Positions 28,124 to 41,040 of a stretch of 64,000 bases of DNA are shown here, piece after piece. The notes under the pieces are model-generated. The model was not told the DNA's origin and did not search any database. It saw only the letters and a program-made list of their open reading frames with translations. The stretch is from Sphaeroforma arctica JP610. Taxonomy: Eukaryota. The stretch is taken from NCBI RefSeq assembly GCF_001186125.1, contig NW_014040521.1, positions 110,671 to 174,670 on the forward strand. Direction: 5' to 3'. The first letter of the stretch is position 1, and each line of letters begins with the position of its first letter. A program made the position numbers and the translations under genes.

Positions 28124-29602
28124 ATGCGTAGCATCTGGAAGGAGGATGCCCACAGGCATACATTCAAACATGTCCCAAGCACAGGTCAAGTAAGCTGTGT
28201 TGTGGGGGGGGATGTGTATGTGCTTGGTGGCCGTGCCATGCCCACCAGCCTCGAGAACTGCATATGCAAGTACAATTTAGATCGCAGAAAATGGGTGGCT
28301 GTGGAGGTCATCGGTGAAATGCCTGATGGGTTCTGGTCAGGAGCGGTTGCGCTGGCTGTCGATGACATCATCTATGTGTACGGTGGACATCGGGTCAGTT
28401 ATGGGTATCAGGCTAGCATGCACAAATATGATATTCGCACCCAGATTTGGAGTGTAATTCAAACTGGTGGCATTGTACCATCTCCTCGAGACAAACACGC
28501 AGGCGTGGTATACGACGGTAATCTGTACTACTTCGGGGGTTGGGGGCAGGTTACTAGTGGTTTTACCTGGGCAGGTGAGCTCTGGAAGTACGATATCATT
28601 GCAAACAAATGGAGCCTGGTGTGTACCAAAGGTCAGCCACCCAGTCCCAGAGCCGCACACACTATGACTCTCATGCCAGGAACCGATGCACACGCATACG
28701 TTATTGGAGGCAGGTGTAAGGACGGCAGGAATAACGAGGTATATAGACTGGATATGTCAATCATGCACTGGACGGGACCGTTAGTGGCCAATACAGCTGT
28801 CAGCTCTTATTCCCTTCGTATTGCGCCGAGTGGGAAGGGCAGCGCGGAGACGGTTGCCAGGGAACCCACTACCAGGAAGCGTCTAGAAATGAATGGCAGT
28901 GCACCAGAACACGAAAGTATACGCGACTACAGGAGGAGGAGTATGGCTATGAATACCGTCGCTGATATAGTAAGGAGTAGTTCCCACGTAGGTGAGGTAG
29001 TACTCAATGGTGCACACGTTAGTGACCCTGCAGGTGACATGGTGGGCAATGCATCACACGAAAAGCCTTGTGGGCGGTCATGGCACACCGCGCAGTATTT
29101 AGACAGCCGGCGTATCCTGGTACACGGTGGTATGAGTAACGGGGTGGGGTTGGAAGTAGGTACGCCCCAACTGACTGTCAATGGAGGACCCGGTCATGCA
29201 CTGGGTGATACGTGGGTGTTTAATGTAGGTACATATAAGTGGTCCTGTGTGGAAACAACGGGGCAGGCCAGGTTATGGCACTCCTCGTGTGTGGATAGAG
29301 ACAAGGGCGAGGTTCTGTACTTCTCGGGACACTCGAACTTTGAGCATGGTGTGCTGCGTGATGTGACCAATGATGTGGTAGCACGCTTTCAGTACATGCC
29401 TCTACCGCTGAGTAGAATAGCATCGGATTTAGTGGCGAGCACCTTGAATGCCCAGGCCAGGGGTACCTCCGGGAAAATGGGTACGGACGGGAATGTAAGA
29501 AGGAGTGCAGAGGATGTACTGAGGGTGGAGGTGCGTCGGGGGAGCATGTCAGCAAAGGCTGCTGTGCAGATAAGGTATTCGCTAGACAATGCTCAAGGTT
29601 AA
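28124..29602 (+). CDS. Kelch-repeat beta-propeller protein, KLHDC1/2-like, single coding exon
   Basis: 492-aa ORF with kelch repeats (YVLGG, YVYGG, PSPRDKH...YYFGGWG, PSPRAAH...VIGG, GRSWH...VHGG, RLWHSS). C-terminal PLPLSRIASDLV resembles a BC/SOCS-box start. Confidence 0.85.
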   Translation: MRSIWKEDAHRHTFKHVPSTGQVSCVVGGDVYVLGGRAMPTSLENCICKYNLDRRKWVAVEVIGEMPDGFWSGAVALAVDDIIYVYGGHRVSYGYQASMHKYDIRTQIWSVIQTGGIVPSPRDKHAGVVYDGNLYYFGGWGQVTSGFTWAGELWKYDIIANKWSLVCTKGQPPSPRAAHTMTLMPGTDAHAYVIGGRCKDGRNNEVYRLDMSIMHWTGPLVANTAVSSYSLRIAPSGKGSAETVAREPTTRKRLEMNGSAPEHESIRDYRRRSMAMNTVADIVRSSSHVGEVVLNGAHVSDPAGDMVGNASHEKPCGRSWHTAQYLDSRRILVHGGMSNGVGLEVGTPQLTVNGGPGHALGDTWVFNVGTYKWSCVETTGQARLWHSSCVDRDKGEVLYFSGHSNFEHGVLRDVTNDVVARFQYMPLPLSRIASDLVASTLNAQARGTSGKMGTDGNVRRSAEDVLRVEVRRGSMSAKAAVQIRYSLDNAQG

Positions 29603-32375
29603 TACACAGATACATATACAAACAAGAAGTAGCTTGGAACAGCTTGGATTGTATTCGTACTTTATTGTCTACAAGCTATCGAATATGCTTTGAATGATTT
29701 TGCACATCTGCACTCGAAAGTTATCTGCATGCTCGGCACGTGCCTAATCTCGCGGTGAAATCCTCTCGTCCAAGTCCTCGGTTGTGATGATCAAGACATT
29801 GTACTGTTTTAGATTCGAAGCATCAGGGCAAGAATATGGACATTCGGTCATGTATTTTGATACGCTCATTTGGGTTATAGTGCAAATTGTGCATTGTCAT
29901 AAGACGCGTACGCCTTGTATCTCCTCTGATCCGGTCCTGCCAGTAGCACAAGTGAAGCAACGTGGAATGTATAGTGGTCAATAAATCGGTAAATATACTA
30001 CCCGTATATTCTGATGTATATTGTGTTTCCCTTGCTTTTTCGACTTCAGCGAACGCATTAAAGCGACGAGCGTAGAGGAACCACAGAGGCTCGTGTCTGT
30101 GAGTACTGGGCATATGCGCAGTGTATGGGACGTGCGGCATCGGCTGACGGTTTGAAGAGTTTTCTTTCTGAGTATTCTGTAGAGGCGTTGAGCGATAGTA
30201 GCAGTAGTGATGGTGTGCGTGGACTACATATATAGATTCCACTGCAATGCACCTTTTTTAAGGACTGCTTGTGAACCACAACCATTTCTGTGGGTCCAGT
30301 TTAGGAACCAAAGTTGGACTAGAGTTGTCAAGAACCCTGTATTCGATTCGTAAGTCATGAATACTAGGTATACAAGATTAGTTGTCAGAAAAAAGATACA
30401 TACTTACCACATGTGCATTCATGCCATATATGCGCAAGTTCTGTAGGTGATATATGCACTCTCACAGAGGATCGCAAATATTCTGCGCAAAGAATAGGAA
30501 ACCAATTTTCTATTTCTAATCGGCATTTAAAGCTATGCCTCGCGTCTTGTAAATATACTCACACGACATGTCCCGAAAATTGTCCGCAAGTTAGCACCAC
30601 GGACAGACTACCAACATTCACAGAAGCAAAACCTGATCTTGTTTACTTTCTGACCACATCTCGTCGAAGTTGTAACCTGTAAGTCCTCTCGGTGTGGTGT
30701 GGTATGAGGTTCTGAGGGTTAGCACTCTTGCGGAGATAACTGTAAATGTGATGGGAGAGGGAGTTATCATACGCTTGTCATAGATGCACGTATGTACATA
30801 TGTGTTCTCGAACGAGTCGAAATCATCAAATACGAGAAAGTTGACGAAGAAGTCCTGGACAAAGTCAAGTTTGGGATGACAATATCTTAAAGATGCTTAC
30901 CTATGATCTACAAAGGCTACTGCCAACTTGAATCACCAGTAGCGCGCAATAGGCAATGGGTTCCGGCACCAATACCAAGAGTGGGGCTCGACTTACTACT
31001 ATCAGTCGGTCGAGAATCCGATGTGATGTCAAGCGAACGGCAGTGCGATCCTTCATTTTTTGCCCGCTAGTGGTACAGATACAAGACAGCCACAGAATGC
31101 GATAGAACCGCATGCGAGAGAACAAATCCTACGGAAATATAGTGGATCAAACACTGAGCTCTCAGCTGTCATTATTCAGTGAACCTGTCTTAAGCGCCTA
31201 ATAAATCTACACTCATCAGGCCATAGCGATTGCATATTATTAAAATAGAAATCGAGCACACCAGTAGGCTCAATGCGGGACGGTGATTTGATGTTTAAGT
31301 ACATTTTCGTCAGCCCAGAAGACCTACTGCCGTACGATGTGTTGCGACTGTATCTACGTTCTTACCGCTTCAATGCAAGTCTTGCCATGACTTGCCATGA
31401 CACTATTTTGAGGTATTTCGAATATGGCACTCAACGACTGCATAACATCAGTGCTTTAACTGTCATTGCAAAGACATTGTCTCATGGTTTTCATGGTCGA
31501 ACACCCTTTCACTCTTCTTTGCACTATCTTGTTTTTATGATCTTCAAAAATTGAAAATGTAATCCGTGCCTGTTGACAAATCAAGAGATTGTGTAGGGCT
31601 CGTGTAGACTGGACACTGCTTCTTCGTAATCTGCAACTCACACGACGTCTCAACTACAAGTACGGATCACCAGCTGTACTCGTTCTATTCGGTATGCCTG
31701 ACCAATCACATTGGTCTAGGATTCACCATCTAGTGTCTTAGATGCTACTATGTATATATGGAAGAAACTTAATCGAGTGATAGGTATGATACTCGGATTA
31801 GAAAATGGTATTGCTCTCCAAAATGAATATATCAACACCTGAAATGTCTGCTCTCTCTTCTGCGTACCTATGTGGGAGTGGGAACGCGAGTAAAGTTGAT
31901 GATACTCGAGGTTTGCGATGTCAGTTCACCTAAAGCGTTGGGTTTTTATTACTAAATTGCGTTGTCCTAAACGGAAGCATACTACATGAATGTCCTTATC
32001 TACCAGCATATAAGATCGTCCGGTTCTTTGTAAAAGCGCTAGGCGATTAAGCGGATGAAATTTGCCAGCGCTATGCTGCACAGCATCACTTCTGAGTGTG
32101 TAGAATGATATGTGAGGAATTGTACGCGATGTGTGAGTCCCTAAAGTACACTCACGACATTTGGAGACGAAGCTCCTTCTACAGATATTGATAGGGCCAA
32201 AGGTCTCTGTCGCACGGGTAGAATCCAGTGCTTAGTCTTCAAGGTGCCCATGAAATACGCTCGAGGACGTCGGACAAAGGTTCATTCTGTTGTTGAAGTT
32301 GTGAAAACTCACTCCATCTCCTACATTTTATGCACCAGACGATTCCTCGGCCTCTGCGTAGACGGTGTGTCGCTT

Positions 32376-35280
32376 TCAATCCATAAAGTACCAGTCAAGC
32401 CGAGCCACTCCGTGGCGAAAATTTTCGGCTGCAAGAGCCTTCTCCTTCGCTTCAGCCTGTTATTGTAGATAGCGAGACGGTTGATAATTGCGAATGGTGT
32501 GATAAAGTAGCATGTGCCCGCCATCACAACCTCGTAGAAGGATCTATTCACTATCGAAAGTATGAATGCGAATACGTGTCTAAATACGATTGGGACGTAC
32601 ATATAACCGCCTCGACTAAGCTGCGCGTGCACTTGCCTCATACAAAACAATCGACGCGCATGGCCGCCAAACAGGATACAAACGGGCACACAAACGAATA
32701 GAAACACCTATTCTCTGTTTTGCTTTTAAAGCAAAGTCCAGACTTACCTCTGCTGCAAGCGCAGTCCGTATATACTCAGGTTCCTTGAACGGAAGATAAG
32801 GTGGTTTTTCGCCGTCCCAGTGTAGGTAGGTTTCATCATCACAGCCATGAGGACGGATTTCTGTGTACCAATTCTCTAAGTAGCGAAACTTTAGAAACTC
32901 CAGCGGATCGTGCGGAGTATTGAAAGTCCCGTTGCCAAATCTGCCTCGCGAACAGAGAATAATTGTTTCAGTACTGTTGCGTTCACTTTCGAATGCAAAA
33001 TTATCTGACTTAAAAGAATAAATACAGTATAAGTATTCACATCGGACATGTGACCGATTGGTGTCGTAGCAAGTGTAGTTAAAAATTTTAGTCTAATTTC
33101 TGGTACACTACAAACACGTAGCCATCCCATACCGATGCTTACCTGTGCTTAAGATACTTCGGTTCTTTCTCGGCATGCTCAATTACGAGTACTCCCACAA
33201 TTCAGCCGTATATAGTACGTATGTTCATTTCATGCCGCATGCTTGGTCGAGTAGTTCTCCAATTTTAAACTAAAGGTGCGCCCAATGGTAGTGTCAGCTA
33301 TCCATTCGCATTTAGCTCGCACATATATCGTGCGAATGTATATGCCCAATAACCTATACCTACCTCACTTCTGGCAATCCAAAGGGCGGTTCGACCATTT
33401 TCTTCGGAAAGTTATGGAACAACGAATACGCCACAGGTGCCACAAAGGCTTCCCAGCCACAGCGCTTCAAGTAGCCGGTATCAAAGTAGTCTTTCCACAA
33501 CATCACGTCCGCGGCTGCCGCATAGTCTCCATCTGCACGGAAAAACCCGCCCCAATAATCTATTTTGTCCAATAAAATGGAGAGTTGTGGGTTTGTGTAT
33601 GAGGTAAGACGTACTGTATTAGACGGTATTGCAAAGCTAAAGAAAAACTGCAGTACAATAGCGTGACAGTGCAGCTCCAATATAATCGAGTATTTTAAGG
33701 TACGAGCACAGAATGGTTCTTTTGTGGGCATTTTGACCTAGTATAGCAAGGTGTGTGGATGATTCCCAATCAGGGCGTGTAGTGCAATGGCAGTCATTGC
33801 ACTCAATTCCACATGGGTAGATCTGAACGCCTATAAGTCTAATGCAAAATCTACTAGACGTGCCCAAATTCATCAGCAAACCATTAAAGTAGACCATTGG
33901 TGTAGACAGTAGTCGATCTTGACCTAGAACACATAACCACTATGACAGTAATCAGTTAAAGCTCAGTCATGGACCTATTCGGAATACAAATATCATGATA
34001 CAGCAGTCTCACCTACCATAGTAGAATTCGGTCAGTCCGTGCTGTGAAAAGGAGAGTAGCACCATGTCAATCCGTACACCTTTGTCCTCCATTTGGTTCA
34101 AGAGGATGCCAACATCGATGTCACGATCCCACGGTAACGGTCCGTTGTATCTGGAAGAAACAAAGGATGAGGGGAAGCGTTATGTAATCGAGCTTGATAG
34201 GAAACGCATATGGTTGGAGGAAAGAAAGGTAACCTTCTATATTTTTAATGCTTGATTCTGTATCGTATGCAAGCTTAAGTCTGCATGTCTTGATTTCATA
34301 ACAAGAAGCACGTAAATGTATTCAGGCAGCTCAAAAATGGAGGCCATGGGGTGTAACTGTAATACCTCATGGCTCCGAGCAAGGAGCCGTAGTCCAAGAA
34401 TACATTGATGCCCAAATCGAAGAATGCGGCGGATATCCGCTCTCCCAAATCAACAAGCCCTCGAAGTTTCTCAATTCTTGTGTGACACGGCTGCTTGTCG
34501 GCTCTGCCGCATACAGAGTTGAACAGCAGATAAGAAATGCGTGACTAGCGATAAAACAGCGGACCGTCATAGCACATGCACTCTGCAATAATCACACCCC
34601 ACTTGACGCTGCTGTTACATGGGGGTGAGAAAAACGCATCCATAGACGGGTGTTGTCGGAATACAGGGAGAATGGAAAGGGATTGGTCGATAGAGAAAAG
34701 GTTGAAGAATACTACAATGCACAGCATACAAGAGCGCATCCAACCATTAACGACTCTCTTGTAGAAAGTCACGTCTGTTACAAAAAACAAAACAAAGGAA
34801 TATAAAACCATACCTATGCATGTGCGTCCTCGCCACATTCATAAAGTAGTAGCCATACAGCAGGAGCATGGCAATACCAAACATAACCAGTTTGAGTCTG
34901 TATCTGCCCTTGGCGTCCGCCCAGCCTGATCTCAAGCGCCGCCTCAAAACATGGTATATCAGAGTCTTGCGTACGATAAATGTCATCATAAAAGCGATGC
35001 ACACCAAAACATCCAGCACAAAGTCGAACACCGTGCACCACTCCATGTGGAAGAAGCGGTAGTAGCGGCAATCATTGAACAGCAAATTGAAGGGATGAAA
35101 ATACTTCATAGCCAAGTACATCGAGATCAGTAAGCCTGCCAACTGAGCATAGAATGACCTGTACAAGAAGGAACAAAAGTCTGAACAATAGATAGCGTCA
35201 AGTGATCGCCATACAATTGACTTGCGTCTGCAGGAAGCAGAAGATCCTCGATGGAAACTCCTGCATGCAGACTCAATTTT

Positions 35281-35326
<46 letters not shown>

Positions 35327-35338
35327 TATATATTTTTG

Positions 35339-35419
<81 letters not shown>

Positions 35420-35424
35420 AATAT

Positions 35425-35464
<40 letters not shown>

Positions 35465-35918
35465 CCCATACTACACGACACATGTGCTTCAAAGTATCAT
35501 ATCACACCAAACACAGCTGTTGTTGTGCCTCATTCTAATGCAGATTTATTCATATCGAAATTTATTGATCTACCTTGAAACCCGAATTTCATTATACATG
35601 GCAGCAAATTTGAGTTCTGAAGAGACAAAAGTGCGTGTCATTTTAATCCTCATAGGAACGTACAAAATGGTACTATTCAGGCAGGCCAATGCTTGCCAAA
35701 TGAATGTATACATGCCAGTGAGTAGACATGGAGCAAAGATATAGAAACACAGATAGAGAAACAAGGGCCAAAGAATTCACATATCGTTGTACGTTGTACA
35801 ACGACTCCAGTCTTAACACATACACTTTACGCTGCAGGCCAGCATGGGTGAGGTGTTCGTGCGCCTCATCGTTTCTGGCATTGGGACTCAAATGAAATTC
35901 GCGGCTGTGACGCCGCAT
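32376..35918 (-). CDS. LicD/fukutin/FKRP-family nucleotidyltransferase-fold protein with several N-terminal TM segments, multi-exon
   Basis: Spliced motif VFLDYGSLLGAMR|YNGPLPWDRDIDVG (exons ~34504-34366 and ~34150-34018) is the LicD signature. The last exon reads AEAKEKA...DWYFMD* with stop at 32376. The start at 35918 is tentative. Confidence 0.8.
35280..35464. repeat. (TA)n microsatellite in intron
   Basis: Directly visible. Confidence 0.95.
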
Positions 35919-37056
35919 GACTTCGCGATACAGAATGAACCTTGCCTGCTACTTAGACTACATGTCCTTTTACGCTATACAATCTCCGACTGCTGGCGAG
36001 ATTGTCTAATAGCCACCGTAGAAGCTCTATTAAAGACAACAACAGGAAGTGTTCAACGCGAGTGTTTTTGGACCAAACTGTCATCACTTTTCACTGTTTT
36101 CAGTCAATATTCAGGAACCAAACCCAACAACAATAAAAATGTCAACTGTCGCTCCAGAGTCCAGGGTAGTGTGTACTATGGAAATTTACAAACGGGCAGA
36201 AAATAGCAATATGGGACCAACGTCCAACGGATCGGCTAATTTGTAGAGTAAAAAAATTCATAGAGAGAGGAGAGATTCACACAATCGGCCGCGGAGAGGC
36301 CTGTCTTCTCCTTTATACGCAGTTACGCACTCCCTCTCGACTAGGGACTAGAGAACGTCAGCATGCTTGATATACTAAACTCAGGAAACCAGTATGTTTA
36401 TTTGTCGCTTCGTTGACACCAGTGCTCGCCCAGTCAGTATTCAAACAAAATTACGATACGCGATATAAAATTAATACGCAGAGGGCTTACTTTACTGACC
36501 GTGAGATTCGTTATAAACACTGCAACGGTTTCGACTACCTTGGCGTTGAATACTATTTACCTGTCTTCGAGTCATATTCATACGTATCGGGGCTGTTCAA
36601 GACTGTTATCAAAATAAAAGAGACGTAATATCGTGATATATCTAAATGCAAGCATCGCTATGCATCTCTTTGCATCGCTTTGACGACGATCTCTCCAAAA
36701 CTGAGGGCAATATTTCTTTCCTACCAAATAAAGTGTTCAGTCCATTCGTTTCTGGTTGTGCACTCACTCGCTATCGACATCAACCCGCTGTCTGCACCTG
36801 GTAGATGGGATTGTGATCGCCTTTACACTGAGCATTTTAAACCCCTACACTGAGAAAAAAAACAACGACAAAGCAAGAATCTACGTCACGTGTGCCAGTT
36901 TGTGGTTGCTGATGGCTTTTAGAACTCTGAATGTGTGCGCTCAACAGCTAAATGTATAACAATTATCTAAGCAAACAGCACTGGCAAGTATCACAACTAC
37001 ATGAATCAACTAAATACATCTGTCAATGGTGTAGAACACAAACTAATTACATCATT

Positions 37057-37137
37057 AGTGTAGAGCACTACAATGTAAACAACAGTGTAGAACACTACAA
37101 CGTAAACAACAGTGTAGAGCACTACAACGTAAACAAT
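37057..37137. repeat. Three 27-bp tandem repeats (agtgtagagcactacaacgtaaacaac)
   Basis: Directly visible, downstream of the histone H1 3' end. Confidence 0.9.
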
Positions 37138-37660
37138 AGAGGAATGACAACCCAAGTGACTTATGCGATGATTGGTTGGACTGTAGAAACACTTTTCAAA
37201 CCATTCCTCTTCGATAAATTAACAAATCTCTCCGACAACACTTCTCCATCAAAGCCTTAAAATCATATAGCGGAATTTACCGAAACTGACATAACAAACG
37301 ATAACCGTTCGACACAAAGCAAACACAAAACACTTTTGGTTTTAAACTTACTTGAAATAGCCAGCACAGCTAGGCGTGAAGCGAACATTGTCATCCTTGT
37401 ATCGTTATTTATTAAATTCCCATTTGTTGCAGGTCTCGAAGCCTACCTAATATTTAACAGTATAATATATTGTCTTCCTTGATGTCACCGGAGGGTAACT
37501 GATTGACATTAATTCCTTTTCTTTAGGGTGGTGTCGAAAGACACCAGGGTATAAGTTTGGGTATATAGCACGGTACAATACAGTGAAGAATCTTCTCCAT
37601 GTAAACATGATCCTGATGCTCTAAGATACTTGCCATGGTTAAGTACACAACATTGTGCAC

Positions 37661-38233
37661 TTATTTCTTGGCAGCGGTCTTCTTGGCAGCGGGCTTCTTT
37701 TTGGGTGCAGCTTTCTTCACAGCCGTCTTTTTCTTGGGAGCGGCCTTCTTCACAACCTTCTTCTTGGCAGCGGGCTTTTTCTTGGTAGCGGGCTTCTTGG
37801 CAACAGCCTGGATTATAATGTGAAACATGATATGATAAGCAAAAGCAATTATGAACAGAGTCAGGATCCCAATCGCTGTGAGGCTTTGCGTGCCTAAAAT
37901 AGACGACAGCGAAAACCATGAGATCTATGTATGAACTACAAATACACACACCTTCTTCTTGGGGGCAACCTTTTTCTTCTCCTTGGGTAGCACACCGATG
38001 CGGTATGAACCAGTTTTGTTCTTGGGGTGCACAAAAAGTCCAGTGTCGATACCACGCTTTAGTGCGGCCTTAAGGAAAACGTCGTTCTTGGTGTCAAGAT
38101 TGTACTTCTCACTAACAAACTTCTTAATCGCCTGACGAGATGAACCAGTACGCTCCTTCTGGGTGGTGATAGCCTCGACAATCATGTCAGAGTACTTGGG
38201 GTGTTCGGGCTTTGTCTTAGCTGCAGCAACCAT
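37661..38233 (-). CDS. Linker histone H1 (142 aa; exons 38233-37952 and 37807-37661)
   Basis: GH1 globular domain HPKYSDMIVEAI...ERTGSSRQAIKKFV...LKAALKRG...GSYRI, followed by a K/A/P-rich tail (KKPATKKKPAAKK) after a phase-0 GT-AG intron. Confidence 0.95.
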
Positions 38234-40569
38234 TTTGTATAGTGTCTATCGAGAATTAATTCCAACGAGAGTATGCAACGGTCCTAGCTTTATTTTGACT
38301 ATTTGTAGTCGTTGTCCGTTAGCAGTATGAAATTCGTCGGTTTATATGATTTCTGCAGTTCTGCAATCCCATTGGTTTTCGCTAAATTTTCGAGCCTACG
38401 AGGCCGTTCGGCATTATGGACCTTTTTCGCAACAACTGATAACCAACCCACAGAAATATCTGTGGCGATTTCAACATAATTTTCTAACAATCCGTTGCGT
38501 CTGAAATGCCGCTTGATTTACGAGATCACTTATGTCGATTCGCATTGCTGTAGCGGCTTTTAAGCGAATCAAATCATGTATTGATCATACTCAGAAATTT
38601 TACTATCTGTACGTTTGACATGTTGTGAATCTCTGTCAAAAAAACGTTCCCTATGGGTTTACATTCAATTATTCTCAAATTTATTGCTAATATCATTGGA
38701 ACGTACTATCTCACCCTGTAGACAGTACATAACTTCCAATAATAGTCGATAATTGATGAAAATATAGAAATATTTAAGTATTATGATTCGATATCAATAC
38801 CTTCATTTCAGTATAAAACTCAATACACTCAGTACAAATACAGAAATTTCTATATAATAATATTGTCAATTTTTTCTTTTGTTTTGTTTATTTTTTTAAA
38901 ATAAAACAGCCCGCCACTCGCTGGAGGCCGCCAAAAATCATGACCAATATAAATATTTTTGGAATAATTCCGAAATCATTGAACAGGAGGGCCTGAGGAC
39001 TCGGGAGTCAGGAGACTGTATTTAGACATTTCTGTGTGAATATTTTACAAAAGGCACAATCATTCCCTGCACGGAAACATGCACCTGTGTGCTTATATCG
39101 TTCAGTTTGCAGCCGGTTCCTGGGAATACCGTAGTATCTAGTACCATAGAAAACTACTACAATGCTTTCCGATAGTTGTCGCGCCCATATAAAACTTTTT
39201 ATTTTTGATTAGGGGCAGTATTTACCTAGTTGTCGTAAACAGCACATAGCACACCCCTTGTGTGAAGTCACGATGCAGTGAAGTGCTACATGCGTGTACT
39301 CTGACTCGTCTTTTGTGCAAAAATACTAGTTTGGATCTTACTCAACTATGTTTTAGAAAAGATAGGACCTTTTTCTTCACCATTTTGAAAACTATAGGCC
39401 TTTTATCATTTGAGTCTGTGCCCAACACTATACAAATGCACCACGGTGCTCCAATCGCGATTCGTTCGCACGTCATCAACCCCACACCTCCAAAAAAAAG
39501 CATATGGTATTCTTGGAGCGCATATTCATCATAAGAAAGTGTCAGTGTGTACAGATCTCTGATAATATAGAACATTAACCAATGACAAAAGCGAACCTAA
39601 AAACAGGGGCTGCGACATGCTGTTGCGACGGAGAAGTATTTTAGAGAAATCTATCACATAAAACATATGAGAGATAAACTTTTTTAACCGTGACATATTA
39701 ACATGCAGCTATTTGTATATCAAATGCTTACAGCCTTTCGCGCTCATATTAGTCCCACTCGCCATGCAAAGTTTTGGAATAGCTAAAGGCAATTTTCCGC
39801 ACTTGAGAATCTCCCCTTTTTTTCTAACGGCGATCACAGAAATCTGACAGGTCGTTTGATTGCGAATACTGATTTAGATTATTCATATCTCTATAGATTC
39901 TTCATGTCAATATGGATTCAGTGGTAAATTTCCCCATATCTGGTGGCAAATGGTGGCGCATAGGGGCACTAAAACTCACATCGAATGAAATATGCTAGTA
40001 ATTCAAATAGCATACAAGTTAGTTTTGTATATTTACATGCTTTTATAAGGTGTATTTTATAGTTCTAACTGTTACTATTGAAGATCAGAGACACTTATTG
40101 CAAAACTGGACGGTTACATATTTTTATGTATTATCTGATTCTAAGCATATAGTCTAAAATATGTTGCTGTTGTGGAAGATTTAAAAAAAGCCGTCTCAAG
40201 ATTTTGTTAGGGGGAACACCGTCCGCGGAGCACGAGTAAGCTGATAGGATTGCTTCAGTTCCATAGTTGCTCTCCGCAATGTAAGGGCCTGATGATCTGA
40301 GTTAAGTTTATCGTATAAATATGTATGCTGTGAATGTTATAGAATTTAAATGAAGTTTTGAGACGAAAAAGTAGTGGGTCACTCCTGTGTGTTTACCAAG
40401 ATTGTTTACGCATACATATAACCATAGTGGTCGCCGTATAACAGGTACGCGCCTCATCTTCAGGACTCGAGCCTTTGGCACGTAGGCTGGGCCTTTTCGT
40501 TTGTCAAGCCGACGCCGCCAACCTTGAGCCTAAAGCTGTTAGAAATATATAGGTCGCCAAATTATTCCA

Positions 40570-41040
40570 CATCGACGAGACATACTAACCATGTACTTTA
40601 GTCGATTTTATAGTATTCCTCGAAAATGACGTGTCTCTGTAACATGACTGCATGTTTTTAGTATTCAGTATGCCATCTATTTGTGTATATAACAGGCACC
40701 TAGACTGACTATTCAAACACTACAGATCATTCAAGGGCATATTGAAAACACACCACTTCCAAGCGCTTCTAGTAGTAATTTCCGCTATTTTCGTGTTGGC
40801 GCACAAAACATCTCAAACGCTGTGAAAATTTCGACGAGACGCTCAACAGGCGTGTACGTTATATAGGTTGTCTAGTTATTTCATACTAATTAGTCATACT
40901 AGCCTTGTTACTTTGGTCAACTTTTTAGTATATCTCGGAAACGATGTGTCTGAACATGACTGCTGTGTTTGCAGTGTGCAGTATTTCGTCCAATTGTGTA
41001 TGTAGCAGGTACCTAGACTGTCTGTGAAATCGCTATAGGT
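40570..41040. repeat. Diverged direct duplication (~40570-40740 vs ~40830-41040)
   Basis: Shared blocks tcgacgagac, catacta, aacatgactgc and caggyacctagactg occur in the same order. Confidence 0.6.

Noticed and set aside
40461..40532. tRNA/SINE-like A- and B-box resemblance on the minus strand
   Set aside because: The cloverleaf stems do not pair and the B box is imperfect.
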